Assembly (NCBI GenBank): GCA_030704615.1
Contig: CM060733.1
Location: 50,158,001 to 50,222,000 of the forward strand
Reading direction: 5' to 3'
DNA from: Takakia lepidozioides
Taxonomy: Eukaryota; Plantae; Bryophyta
Length of the DNA stretch: 64,000 bases
A model generated the notes under the pieces. The model had not been told where the DNA came from and ran no database searches. It saw only the letters and a list, made by a program, of their open reading frames with translations. Of the stretch, positions 34,301 through 45,860 are shown piece after piece (position 1 is the first letter of the stretch; every line of letters starts with the position of its first letter). A program made the translations under genes and the position numbers.

Positions 34301-37300
34301 GTGAAAATCGGCCACATAGGGCATGTATTTGAGGTTCAATGCAGACTTACGTGACAGCTCAAACAGTGTGCGTCAACGCACACTGTTGTAGGCAACCATG
34401 TTTTATTTATTTATTTTTATTTTTTCTGAAAATCGGCCACATAGGGCATCTCAAGGCAGCTCCAGCAGTGTGCATCAACGCACACTGTTTGAGCACACCA
34501 TGTCATTATTTTTTTAATCTGAAAATCGGCCACATAAGGCATCTCTTTGAGCTTCAATGCACACTTACGTGGCAGCTCAAAGAGTGTGCGTCAATGCACA
34601 CTGTTTCAGCCCAACTTGTCATTGTTTTTGTCATGTGAAAATTGGCCACATAGGGCATGTATTTGAGGTTCAATGCAGACTTACCTGGCAGCTCAAACAG
34701 TGTGCGTCAACGCACACTGTTCCAGCCCACCATGCCATTGTTTTTTTTTATATGAAAATCGGCCACATAGGGCATCTCTTTGAGCCTCAATACACACTTA
34801 CGTGGCAGCTCAAACAGTGTGCGTCAACGCACACTGTTTGACCCCAACATGTCTTTATTTTTTTCATGTGAAAATCGGCCACATAGGGCATGTATTTGAG
34901 GTTCAATGCAGACTTACGTGACAGCTCAAACAGTGTGCGTCAACGCACACTGTTGCAGGCAACGATTTTTTTTTTTTTTTTTTTTTTCTTTTTGAAAATC
35001 GGCCACATAGCGCATCTCAAGGCAGCTCCAGCAGTGTGCGTCAACGCACACTGTTTGAGCACACCATGTCATTATTTTTTTAATCTGAAAATCGGCCACA
35101 TAAAGCATCTCTTTGAGCTTCAATGCACACTTACGTGGCAGCTCAAACAGTGTGCGTCAACGCACACTGTTTGAGCCCAACTTGTCATTGTTTTTGTCAT
35201 GTGAAAATTGGCCACATAGGGCATGTATTTGAGGTTCAATGCAGACTTACCTGGCAGCTCAAACAGTGTGCGTCAACGCACACTGTTCCAGCCCACCATG
35301 CCATTGTTTTTTTTTATATGAAAATCGGCCACATAGGGCATCTCTTTGAGCCTCAATACACACTTACGTGGCAGCTCAAACAGTGTGTGTCAACGCACAC
35401 TGTTTGACCCCAACATGTCTTTATTTTTTTCATGTGAAAATCGGCCACATAGGGCATGTATTTGAGGTTCAATGCAGACATACGTGACAGCTCAAACAGT
35501 GTGCGTCAACGCACACTGTTGCAGGCAACCATGTTTGTTTTTTTTTTGTTTTTTTGTTTTTGTTTTTGTTTTTGAGTTTTTTTTTTTTTTTTTTTTTTCT
35601 GAAAATCGGCCACATATGGCATCTCAAGGCAGCTCCAGCAGTGTGCGTCAACGCACACTGTTTGAGCACACCATGTCATTATTTTTTTAATCTGAAAATC
35701 GGCCACATAAGGCATCTCTTTGAGCTTCAATGTACACTTACGTGGCAGCTCAAACAGTGTGCGTCAACGCACACTGTTTGAGCCCAACTTGTCATTGTTT
35801 TTTTCATGTGAAAATTGGCCACATAGGGCATGTATTTGAGGTTCAATGCAGACTTACCTGGCAACTCAAACAGTGTGCGTCAACGCACACTGTTCCAGCC
35901 CACCATGTCATTGTTTTTTTTTACATGAAAATCGGCCACATAGGGTATCTCTTTGAGCCTCAATACACACTTACGTGGCAGCTCAAACAGTGTGCGTCAA
36001 CGCACACTGTTTGACCCCCAACATGTCTTTATTTTTTTCATGTGAAAATCGGCCACATAGGGCATGTATTTGAGGTTCAATGCAGACTTACCTGGCAGCT
36101 CAAAAAGTGTGCGTCAACGCACACTGTTGCAGGCATCCATGTTTTTTTTTTTTTTTTTTTTTTTTTTTGAAAATCTGCCACATAGGGCATCTCAAGGCAG
36201 CTCCAGCAGTGTGCGTCAACGCACACTGTTTGAGCACACCATGTCATTATTTTTCTAATCTGAAAATCGGCCACATAAGGCATCTCTTTGAGCTTCAATG
36301 CACACTTACGTGGCAGCTCAAAGAGTGTGCGTCAATGCACACTGTTTGAGCCCAACTTGTCATTGTTTTTGTCATGTGAAAATTGGCCACATAGGGCATG
36401 TATTTGAGGTTCAATGCAGACTTACCTGGCAGCTCAAACAGTGTGCGTCAACGCACACTGTTCCAGCCCACCATGTCATTGTTTTTTTTTATATGAAAAT
36501 CGGCCACATACGGCATCTCTTTGAGCCTCAATACACACTTACGTGGCAGCTCAAACAGTGTGCGTCAACGCACACTGGTTGAGCCCAACTTGTCATTGTT
36601 TTTTTCATGTGAAAATCGGCCACATAGGGCATGTATTTGAGGTTCAATGCAGACTTACCTGGCAGCTCAAACAGTGTGCGTCAACGCACAACAGCCCACC
36701 ATGTCATTGTTTTTTTTATCTGAAAATCGGCCACATAGGGCATCTCTTTGAGCGTCAATGCACACTTACCTGGCAGCTGGCATTTTAGAATCGACCACAA
36801 AGGTCATCTCTGTCAGGTTCAATTCACACTTACCTGGCAGCCCAAACGGTGTGCGTCAACGCACACGGTTTGAGCCCCCCTGATTTGCTTGTTTATGGAT
36901 ATGGAAATTGTGCACCTAAGGCTAGTCTGGCAAGTTCATTCGACTCCAAAATGGAAGCTCAAACAGTGTGCGCGGACGCACACTGTTTGAGCCCCCTTCA
37001 CTGCCTTTTCTTTTATTTCAAATTGGCCACTTATGGCCACTATGCCATATTTAAATCACACCTTATTGCAAGCTCAAACAGTGTGCGGCAACGCAGACTG
37101 TTTGAGCTTCCTTATGTGATTGATTTTGATGTGAAAATCGGTCTCCTGGGGCCACTTTGGCAGGTTGAATCCAATCTTTATTGGAAGCTCAAACAGTGTG
37201 CGGCAACGCACACTGTTTGAGCTTCCCTATGTGATTGCTTTTGATTTGAAAATCGGTCCCCTGGGGCCACTCTGGCAGGTTGAATCCAATCCTTATTGGA

Positions 37301-37340
37301 AGCTCAAACAGTGTGCGGCAACACACACTGTTTTGAGCCC
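31320..37340. repeat. About 6-kb higher-order tandem array: about 50 monomers (mostly 116-117 bp) centred on GCTCAAACAGTGTGCGT-CA-ACGCACACTGTTTGAGC, five monomers per about 568-bp unit
   Basis: Unit starts tracked by repeated ORFs at 31712, 32283, 32851, 33422, 33989, 34557, 35123, 35730 and 36298. Palindromes at 31737, 31853, 31970, 32086, 32192, 32308 and onward. Confidence 0.97.
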
Positions 37341-37410
37341 CCTTCGTGCTTGTTTTTCTATGTGAAATTGGGCCTAACAGGGCCAGTATGCATGCTCAAA
37401 ACTCCCATAG

Positions 37411-37890
37411 TTGTCAAAACTCCCATGGTATTTGGATTGCCCTCCTTCTGAGACCCCAACTCAGGATGTGTCTTTGAGGAGAGAGAATGAGCATATAGCA
37501 GCCACCGCCGCAGCAGCCGACCTCGACATTCATGATAGAAATTTGAGGACTCTTGCAGAGAAGGAGCCTTCCGCTCAGGATACCCCGGGTAGAGGTTGAA
37601 AGGCAAAGGGAAAAGATGTTGTTGGTGGTGTGGGGAAAGGAAGGGGTAGGGGGAAGGGGGCACAAGGGCAGGTAGGTGGGCTATCACACCTATTTGGATT
37701 TCTTTCAAGTCCTCCTCGGTCTTACGTGCAACCTGTCTATGCGGAGGCACTCGCAACAAGCATGTCCATTCATGGCACTCGCTGTCCGCCCATTGACGGC
37801 CGTGGTAGAAGACGTGGTGTTGGGGCCAGAATCTTTGTGGATGACATAGCACAGGAGGTCGAGAGTGATTCTGATGACTGTGACACTTGA
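37411..37890 (+). pseudogene. Possible C-terminal remnant of the MULE-2 accessory gene
   Basis: Same position and orientation as the MULE-1 accessory gene. Ends RGRRRGVGARIFVDDIAQEVESDSDD, weakly like KGRVGKFVIESASESEG in MULE-1. Confidence 0.35.
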
Positions 37891-38189
37891 TATGAAGTTT
37901 TCTTTTGGTTTTATTCGGGGCCAAATTTGAAATGGGATGGTTGTGTGTCCTTGTTGTCCTGTTTGCAATGTGTGCGTGGGATGCAACTTCATGGGAACAA
38001 ACTATTATTGGAGATGGGGGTTGCATGGACTGCCCGGATTGTTCCTTCAATCTGTTTAGAGTTTTGTGGACCTCACAGGCTTGAGTGCATTTCAAAAACA
38101 AACAATCGACTTTGGTTCGTGTACAGCATTCTCGCATCATTTGCTCGCTTGTCTCCATACCATTCCTGCTAGAAGAATGCTTGGTGAAT

Positions 38190-38350
38190 CCATCGAGGTG
38201 AAGTCCACGTGATCAAAGATCGTTCAGGCATTCTCAAATCTGGTGAGCATCCATGATGCTCCCGCACATACTTGGCATGTTCACAAAGGTGGTGAGTAAG
38301 AAAAGATTTCGCAGGGATCCGCTTTAGATGATGTCAGTGTGCACCTCCTC
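38190..38350 (-). pseudogene. Antisense PPR fragment inside MULE-2
   Basis: The reverse strand reads EEVHTDII*SG...TTFVNMPSMCGSIMDAHQ...MPERSLITW. Confidence 0.7.
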
Positions 38351-40657
38351 ACGACGTACCCACATTCCAATGCAGAGTTTGGCTTTCCGTCCTTAAGCTC
38401 CCGACAGTCTCAAGGCTGAGCCAAAAGCCCAGGCCCTCCTGAGGCCTAGTTTTTGGGCAAATTACACACAGCAGATTGATGCTTGTGTGAAGGGATTTCT
38501 AGAGGATATCTGGAAAACCTGGATTAATTCTTTATATGAAGGAAAGTCTTTGATAACGTCTAGATGGATGCAATGGATACAAAGGATGGATACAATGGAT
38601 GTAATACATCCAGTCTGCATTCCCGGGAAATGGCTGTTCAACCCGCGGTAATAGGTGACACCCGCGGAAATAGGCCCTGTATGCATGCTGACGTGGCGTG
38701 AGCCTGTGCTGGGCTCACGGTTTCCTGGGCTCACAGGCTCACGCCTCCGGGCTCACGGAATAGCACCCCCCCCTTGCCAACATGTATGTTAAGTGTGGGA
38801 GCATCATGGATGCTCACCAAGTGTTCAACATAATGCCTCAACGATGTTTGATCATGTGGAACATAATGTTGGCAGGATTTACCAAGCACGGGTGTGGTAG
38901 GAATGCTTTGTAGACCTATGAGCAAATGTTGCGCGAAAGGGTGAAGCCCAACCACATCACATTTGTTTGTGTTTACAATGCGTGTGCAAGCTAGGGAGCT
39001 CTGGAAAAGGGGAAAGAGGTCCATGGTGACGTCGTCAAAGCTGGAATTGTACCAGATGTCACTCTGCAAACTGCTCTGGTGGACATGTATGCCAAATGTG
39101 GGTGCATTATGGATGCGAAAGGGAGTTTTCAACACTATGGATGAACGAGATGTGGTGCCATTGGACACGATGCTTGCAGGATATGCACAGCAAGAACGTG
39201 GTATGGAGGCTTTGGAGACTTATGAACAAATGATGGGAGAAGGGGTGAAGCCCGACCACATCACGTTTGGGTGCGTTTGCAATGCGTGTGCAAGCCAGGC
39301 AGCTCTGGAAAGGGGCAAAGAGGTTCATGGCGACATCTTCAGAGCTAGAATTGTACCAGATTTCATTCTGAACAATACCCTGGTGGACATGTTTGCAAAA
39401 TGTGGGTGCATCTAGGACGCAATGGGAGTGTTCAACACTATGGCTGAACAAGATGTGGCGTCGTGCAAGCCTGGCAGCCCTAGAGAAGGGCAAAGAGGTG
39501 CATGGGGATATCGTCAAAGGTGAGAAGGTGTAAAGGTGAGAAGAATGATGAAGGTCAGAGGGGTTGAAAAGGAGCCAGGTCGCCGCTGCATTGAGGTTTG
39601 CAACAGGGTGCACACCTTCGTTGTAGATGACAAGTTGCATCCCAAAATTAAGGAAATCCATGCTGAGCTGAGAAGATTGTCTGGGAAGATGAAGGAGGTG
39701 GGGTATGTGCTTGACAGACGCTTTGTATTGCACGATGTGGGGCGGAGAAAAATGAATTTTCTCTTTGCTACCACAGTGAGAAGCTGACCATTGGTTTTGG
39801 GCTGATCAACATGACCCCCAGGACGCCTCTCCGTCTCATCAAGAATCTTCGAGTGTGTGGTGAGTGCCACACCTCCACCAAATTCACCTCAAAGATTGTT
39901 GGCCAAACAATTGTTGTACGGGACGCTAACCGCTTTCACCACTTTGAAGATGTGATTTGTTCTTGTGGTGATTATTGGTGAAAGGATGTCTTCTTGGAAA
40001 GATGCGAGTGTCTTGCTTCATTCATTGATCTGTGACTTAGCTACTCACACCATCCACCATTTCCCGAAAGTATTGACCATGATGTATTGTTGAGTGCATT
40101 TCCTGTGCCATAAATCCACAGGAAATGATAGTGGGGTCTACCCGGCATAGGTGGGAAGTCAGCCTATAATTGCACTTGACTGAAGGGGTGATTTTTGACT
40201 GATTCTGGTGACAATGGATGGACATCAGAGTGCTGTCCTAATTCTGGGTTTGGGTGGTGGAGCTTCTCCAAAGTTTCAAGATGGAAGTAAATACGAATTT
40301 TAATGAGCTTGATCAGAGGGGCAGCCCTGTGCACAAGTTTGTTCAGCATCTTAAATTTGGACATGTGTTTGTTTCTCGTGGTGTGGCTTTGGATGGAGCC
40401 CTTGATGAACTTGCATGAATATTGTCAAAAGCTAACCTTAATCCACCAAGATCCAATCCCATGGTGGATGCTTGAAAGATCATACAGTGAATGTAAGGGT
40501 ATTTGGGTATGTTGTTATTGATTGATGCGGCTTGTGAAAATTGAATGTTGAAATGCAGATCCGTCATTTTTCTTCCAAAAAAAAACAAAACACGGGATCT
40601 CTGCATGTACCACCGTGGGGATGATCCAGCCTTTTTTTTGTGAAAAATTGAACATGG

Positions 40658-40703
40658 TTCTCAGAATTCGTCGCTAGTAGTGCGGAGCAACACGAAGCCC
40701 TAG
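40658..40703 (+). mobile_element. Helitron-like 3' terminus (copy 1)
   Basis: TTCTCAGAATTCGTCGCTAGTAGTGCGGAGCAACACGAAGCCCTAG followed by T; 45/46 identical to 61706-61751. The hairpin is short (GC-GGA-GC). Confidence 0.5.
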
Positions 40704-41407
40704 TATATATATATATATATTCTAGCGACGACCGAAGGTCGAGAGCTAGTTTAGCGTAGAGCAGGAATAGGGTGCCATAGTGCCACATCATCGTCGCCAC
40801 GTGTCGTCGCCACGTTTCGTACGTCGTCAATTTCTTTCTATCTGCCCGGATTGCCCGAAAAAGCCGAAAATAACTTCTTGAACGGTACTTCGTCGAGACT
40901 GACCCTTTTCCTCCCTGCTTCTGTTTGATGTTCAAAGGAGAGAGAGAGAGCGCGAGCGCAATGGCTACATAGGTTGATAGGGCCTGGTATTTAGAACAGG
41001 TTTAGATAGGTTTGGCAGAGCTCGACTGTGCGGAGGGCATTTCTTCAAACGGCGCATCCAGGAGAGCGTTCTCCAGTGAGAATTCCAGGGAAAAAGGTGA
41101 GCATATTTATCCTCCACAATGGTGGGACAACCTACATATCAAGGTTTAGAGGGTTTACCCCTAGGACGCCTCTCTTTCTTCTTACATGATGTGAAAAAGG
41201 TTTTCTGTTCTGCAAAAGTGGCTGTCCCTGTCTGTATCATAGGTTGTTGTTCCTAAACAGGCCGTGAAATTGCATTGCGCAAGGGTTTTTCTTGGTGTTT
41301 ACAAGGTACTTGGGAGGGTCTTCTTGGTTTTGGGAGGCCGTCTTATTGATAGCTACAAAAAACCTGCATGAGTAGATGGTCAACTGCAAGCAGCAGCAGG
41401 GGCACAA

Positions 41408-42630
41408 TTGATAAAATCAGGCACTCTCACAATGACCACAGCCTCCAAAAGAGGACCAAGAGAGGGAGTCCACAGGACCTCTTCTGAAAATTCCGGGTAT
41501 ATGAGGACACTATGTGAGGCAGGGAAACTGAAAGAGGCTCTTCAAATTTTGAACCAAGGAAGCATTTCAGCAGGTACAGATACTTATGTCTGTCTCTTGC
41601 ATGCGTGTGTCAAGATGAAAGGCCTGGAAATGGGAAAGCAGGTGCACTCTCACATTACCCAAAGTGGATTCAAACCAAATGTTTTTCTACAGAACACCCT
41701 TGTGAACATGTATGTTTAATGCGGGAGCATACAACACCATCAAAGGTGCAAAGGGAGAGTTTGACAATATGGCTGAACGAGATGTAGTGTCCTGGAGTTC
41801 GATGATTGCAGGATATGTGCAGCATGGGTGTGGCATGGAGGCTTTGGAGACCTATGAGCAAATGATGCAGGAAGGAGTGAAGCCCAATCGGATCACATTT
41901 GTGTGTGTCTGCAATGCGTGTGTGGGCCTGGCAGCCCTGGAAAAGGGCAAAGAGGTCCATGGTGATGTAATCAAAGCTGGAGTTGTACCAGATGTCATTC
42001 TGAACACTTCCCTCGTGGACATGTATGCCAAATGTGGCAGCATCGGAGATGCAAAGGGAGTGTTCGAGAATATGGCTGAACGGGATGTAGTGTCCTGGAA
42101 TATAATGATTGCAGGATATGCCCAGCATGGATATGAGCTGGAGGCTTTGGAGACCTATGAGCAAATGATGCAGGAAGGGGTGAAGCCCAACCGGGTCACA
42201 TTCACTTGCATTTGCAATGCATGCGCGAGCCTGTCAGCCCTGGAAAAAGGCAAAGAGGTCCATGAAGACATCATCAAAGCTGGAATCGTACCAGATCTGA
42301 TTCTGAACAATACCCTTGTGGACATGTATGCCAAATGCAGCACCATCAGAGGTGCAAAGGGAGAGTTTGACAATATGGCTGAACGAGATGTAGTGTCCTG
42401 GAGTTCGATGATTGCAGGATATGTGCAACATGGGTGTGGGATGGAGGCTTTGGAGACTTATGAGCAAATGATGCAGGAAGGTGTGAAGCCCAACCGGGTC
42501 ACATTTGTTTGTGTTTGCAAAGCTTGTGTGGGCCTGGCAGCCCTGGAAAAGGGTAGGAAGGTCCATGGTGACATCATCAAAGCTGGGATTGTACCAGCTG
42601 TCATTCTGAACAATACCCTCCTGGACGTAT
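41408..42630 (+). pseudogene. PLS-class PPR gene copy, frameshifted and interrupted by a LINE
   Basis: N-terminus similar to 28955-29309, followed by three PLS triplets (ORF 41712-42644). Confidence 0.9.
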
Positions 42631-42634
42631 GTGC

Positions 42635-45600
42635 CTCAGGGTGATCCCTGGGAATTGGTTACTTATGCCAAATCTAGGGCTTCATGTGTAGTTTTTGGGG
42701 TGAATCCCAGGATGGACGATGTGTCCTTTAAAACTACATGGTCTAGCTTAGGCTTGGATTTCATGGCTAATGGTACCATCTCGAGACTTGATAACAGGGG
42801 TACGTTGAAGGTTGCAATGACCAAAAGTGCTTCTAATAGAGTCTCGCATCAATTCAATCTCAAAGAAGTTCGTCCCTTGACTGGCTGGAGAGCGGTCTTA
42901 GACATTGGTGATTCAAACGGGCGCTCTAGGAAGACAACCAAGGGCAACAACTTCAACTTGAGAGTTTCTAATCGGTTTGATGCTCTGGATGAGGTTGAAT
43001 CCAAACAGCCAGAAAGACAAGATGCCCCTAAGTGTACGGAACCTGAACGTCCTGAATCTGAAGGATTTGGTACTCTGAATGGCTTACCAATCCTCAAGGT
43101 TTACACAAGACGAACAAATTCTATGCACGGGGTAATTGTCCCCAAGCCGTCAGATGGACAGTCTGTCCCTAAGTGTGCAGAGCCTGAACGTCGTGTAACT
43201 GAAGGATTTGGTACTCTGAATGGTTTACCAATCCTCAAAGTCTACACAAGATGAGCAAAATCTATACACAGGGTAATTGTCCCCAAGTAGTCTGACGGAC
43301 AATCTGCCCCTATGTGTGCGGAGCCTGTGCGTCGTGTAACTGAAAGATTTGGTACCCTGAATGGTTTACCAATTCTCAAAGTTTACACAAGACGAGCAAA
43401 ATCTACACATGGGGTAACTGTCCCCCCTTTGCAGAACGGTTGGCCGTCCAGGAGCAATCACAAGCTACCTAGACGACAAACAATTCACACGCAAAGGGCT
43501 GGCTTGCGGCTAGCCACTTTCAACTTCTCAGGGTTGACCAACCAAAGGAAACAACTTGAAGTGGGACAAGTTCTTCGGACTAATGATATTCATATCTGTG
43601 CTGGGCAAGAAACATGGGAAACGTCGGATAAACTGGTTGGAGATGTCATTGGTTATAAATGGGCAGGTAAGATGTGTACTCTTAAGGCAGCCTCTGCCAA
43701 ACGCGGTCAAAAAGGGGTCGGATTCTTTGTCCGTGATTTCTTGTTTGACAATTGTGAAATTATCAACAAGGGTTTGAGGTACGAGCATAGTATCTGGCTA
43801 AAACTGAATTTGAAGGGCGGCATGAGTACAAAGGACCTCTTTGTTGGTTGTGTTTACATGCCCACAGAGGGGACCCTTAGTGCTGACGCAGACAAGGCCT
43901 TCGAAGATGTAAAGCTGGACTGTGCTTCGTTCCTTGCCAAAGGTCAGGTGGTACTATTGGGGGACTTCAATGCCTGGGTGGGCAAAGGGATCCATCAGGA
44001 CGATGACCTTTTGGTGAGGACGAGCTGAATTCTAATGGCAGACGGTTAATTAACTGTCTAGAAGAGCTTCAGCTTTTGACCTTGAATAACAGGACAAGTG
44101 GTGACCAAGTGCAGTGGACTCGTGAGAAATCCCAAACTGGGGAACATTCCATTGTGGACTATATCATAATGGACAAAATTTTGTTCCCCCAGTGTGCCAA
44201 TGTGTTGATCGACAGAACTGATATTGGTACCTCTGACCACTTCCTGGTTTGGACTGAGATCAAAAAGTGTTTTCCCACCACCAAGAGATCTGTGAAACGT
44301 TCGATTCGGAAGTGGCGCATAGAAGAATTCCACAATGAGGAGGTCAAGGCTGAGTACATCCAGGCCTTGCAAGAGGCTCTCCCTCATTTTGTCCAATCGC
44401 TCCAAGAACTTCAGTCACGCTCTGTTAACGCAAGAAATGAAGTCAAAAGAGCAGTGGACTCTTGGGAGAGTTTCGTTTCCTCCGTGGCTGACAAGATCAT
44501 TGGGAGGAAACTAATTGTCTGCGGTAGAGCAGTTAATTGGTGGACCAATGAGATAAAACTCAAGATAGCTGAGAGACGAGCCCTCTATAAAGAGTGCTGC
44601 AACTTGTATGCTCACACCAAAAGCTGTGTCACTGTTAACGGACAGAAGTCCAACTTCTTTGACATAGACCAAGGTGTAGCTCAAGGATGTACTCTGTCCC
44701 CTCTGCTCTTCAATGATTTCATCAATCAACTCCTCAAGGATGTGGAAAGTGAGGGATTTGGGTTAAGGGTGGGTGATACCACCATACCAGTTCTTATGTT
44801 TGCGGATGACTTCGCAGCCATAGGGGAGACTCCAACCAATCTCCAGGAGTTGATTGATTGCGCGAAGAGATACTTTGATCTTTGGGGGCTAGAGGCTAAT
44901 GTCAGCAAATGTGCAGTGGTAGCATTCAACGACAGAGGAGAGGGAGGAAGTGATCTTAAGTGGCAGTGGGGTAACCAAGAGATCCCGGTCCTCCCTTCCT
45001 ACACTTATCTGGGCATTGAGTTCTCCTCCAATTGTAATGGGATGCACATATCCGGAAAGTTGTTCAAACTGGCAAGGGCAAAGCTCTGGGGCTCACTAAA
45101 TTTTTCCACTGCAGAGGGGTCAACTCTGAGGTTAAGAAAACCATGCTTTGTCGCGTTATTAGACCTGCCTTGGAGTACGGATCTGCTATATGGGTTGATA
45201 ACTCCAACCAGGCTAAGTCTCTAGAATCCATTCAAGTGGGGGTGCTTAAGGAGTGTATGTCAGCATGCTCCAAAACAGCCAATGTGGCTGTTTGGGGTGA
45301 GTTTGGCATTGTGTCCTTAAGCTCCCGACGAGATGAATTCAAGGTCAGATGGTGGGGTCAGCTGCAACATATGCCCAACACCAGATATCCTAAGTTAATC
45401 GACTCTATATCTTGGAAACAGGACCGCCCTGTCAAACAGGCTAAGTCCTGGCAGAAGAGAGTAGAAGAGATCCTCAAGGACCTGGACCTGGATCCGCAAG
45501 TCTTGACCCTGCTGGATAAATCTGACTTAGAGGTTGTAGTGTCCTCAGCCATGTCTGTTGCCATGAGATTGTCTGATGAAAATGAAGTTAGGCAGAAAAC

Positions 45601-45860
45601 TTCCCTGAACTTGTTTCCAGTCTGTGACATGGGGGAGGACATCTTGGATGACCTCAAGGGTCTACCCACTCTCGGCACTAGACTGAAATTTAAACTCAGG
45701 GCAGGAAGCCTACCTTTGAACAGCAAACTGAAGCAGAGAGGAAAGGGAGAGTGCAATTGCCCGTTGTGTGGGCAATCTGAAGATAGTATTCATTTTCTGA
45801 TACACTGTCCGGGGTTCTCTTACCAAAGAGACGCTCTCTTCAAATTTATTAAGGGAATTG
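42635..45860 (+). mobile_element. Non-LTR retrotransposon (LINE): repeat-containing N-terminal region, APE endonuclease, internally deleted RT, C-terminal zinc knuckle
   Basis: ATFN, GQETW, GVGF, VLLGDFNA, SIVDYI, SDH (APE); GVAQGCTLSPLLF, LMFADD, YTYLG (RT); CPLC...ED.IHF..HCP. Three 141-bp repeats at about 43020-43420. No TSD or poly-A seen. Confidence 0.9.

Larger units (their letters stand above)
29310..38773 (-). mobile_element. MULE-2: internally deleted element of the same family, with TSD and degenerate TIRs
   Basis: TSD TTGTCAACA (29301-29309) / TTGCCAACA (38774-38782), possibly up to 12 bp because of a C-run. Left end GCGTAGCTACGGCGTGAGCCC versus right-end reverse complement GGGTGCTATTCCGTGAGCCC; iterated GTGAGC/GCTCAC at both ends. 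Confidence 0.85.
28955..39981 (+). pseudogene. PLS-class PPR-DYW (C-to-U editing factor type) pseudogene split by MULE-2
   Basis: The N-terminal part (to LLNSLVN, 29309) rejoins MYVKCGSIMDA at about 38782. PG box [40 protein letters not shown] ending 39981; frameshifted. Confidence 0.9.

Noticed and set aside
31320-37340. CRISPR array or repeated protein-coding genes (94-aa ORFs)
   Set aside because: Spacers recur every five units; the ORFs are by-products of the tandem repeat and are broken by variable T-runs.
39540-39981. Functional or U-to-C (KP-type) DYW editing factor
   Set aside because: It has canonical PG-box, HSEKL and DYW motifs of the C-to-U type, and the gene is frameshifted and MULE-interrupted.
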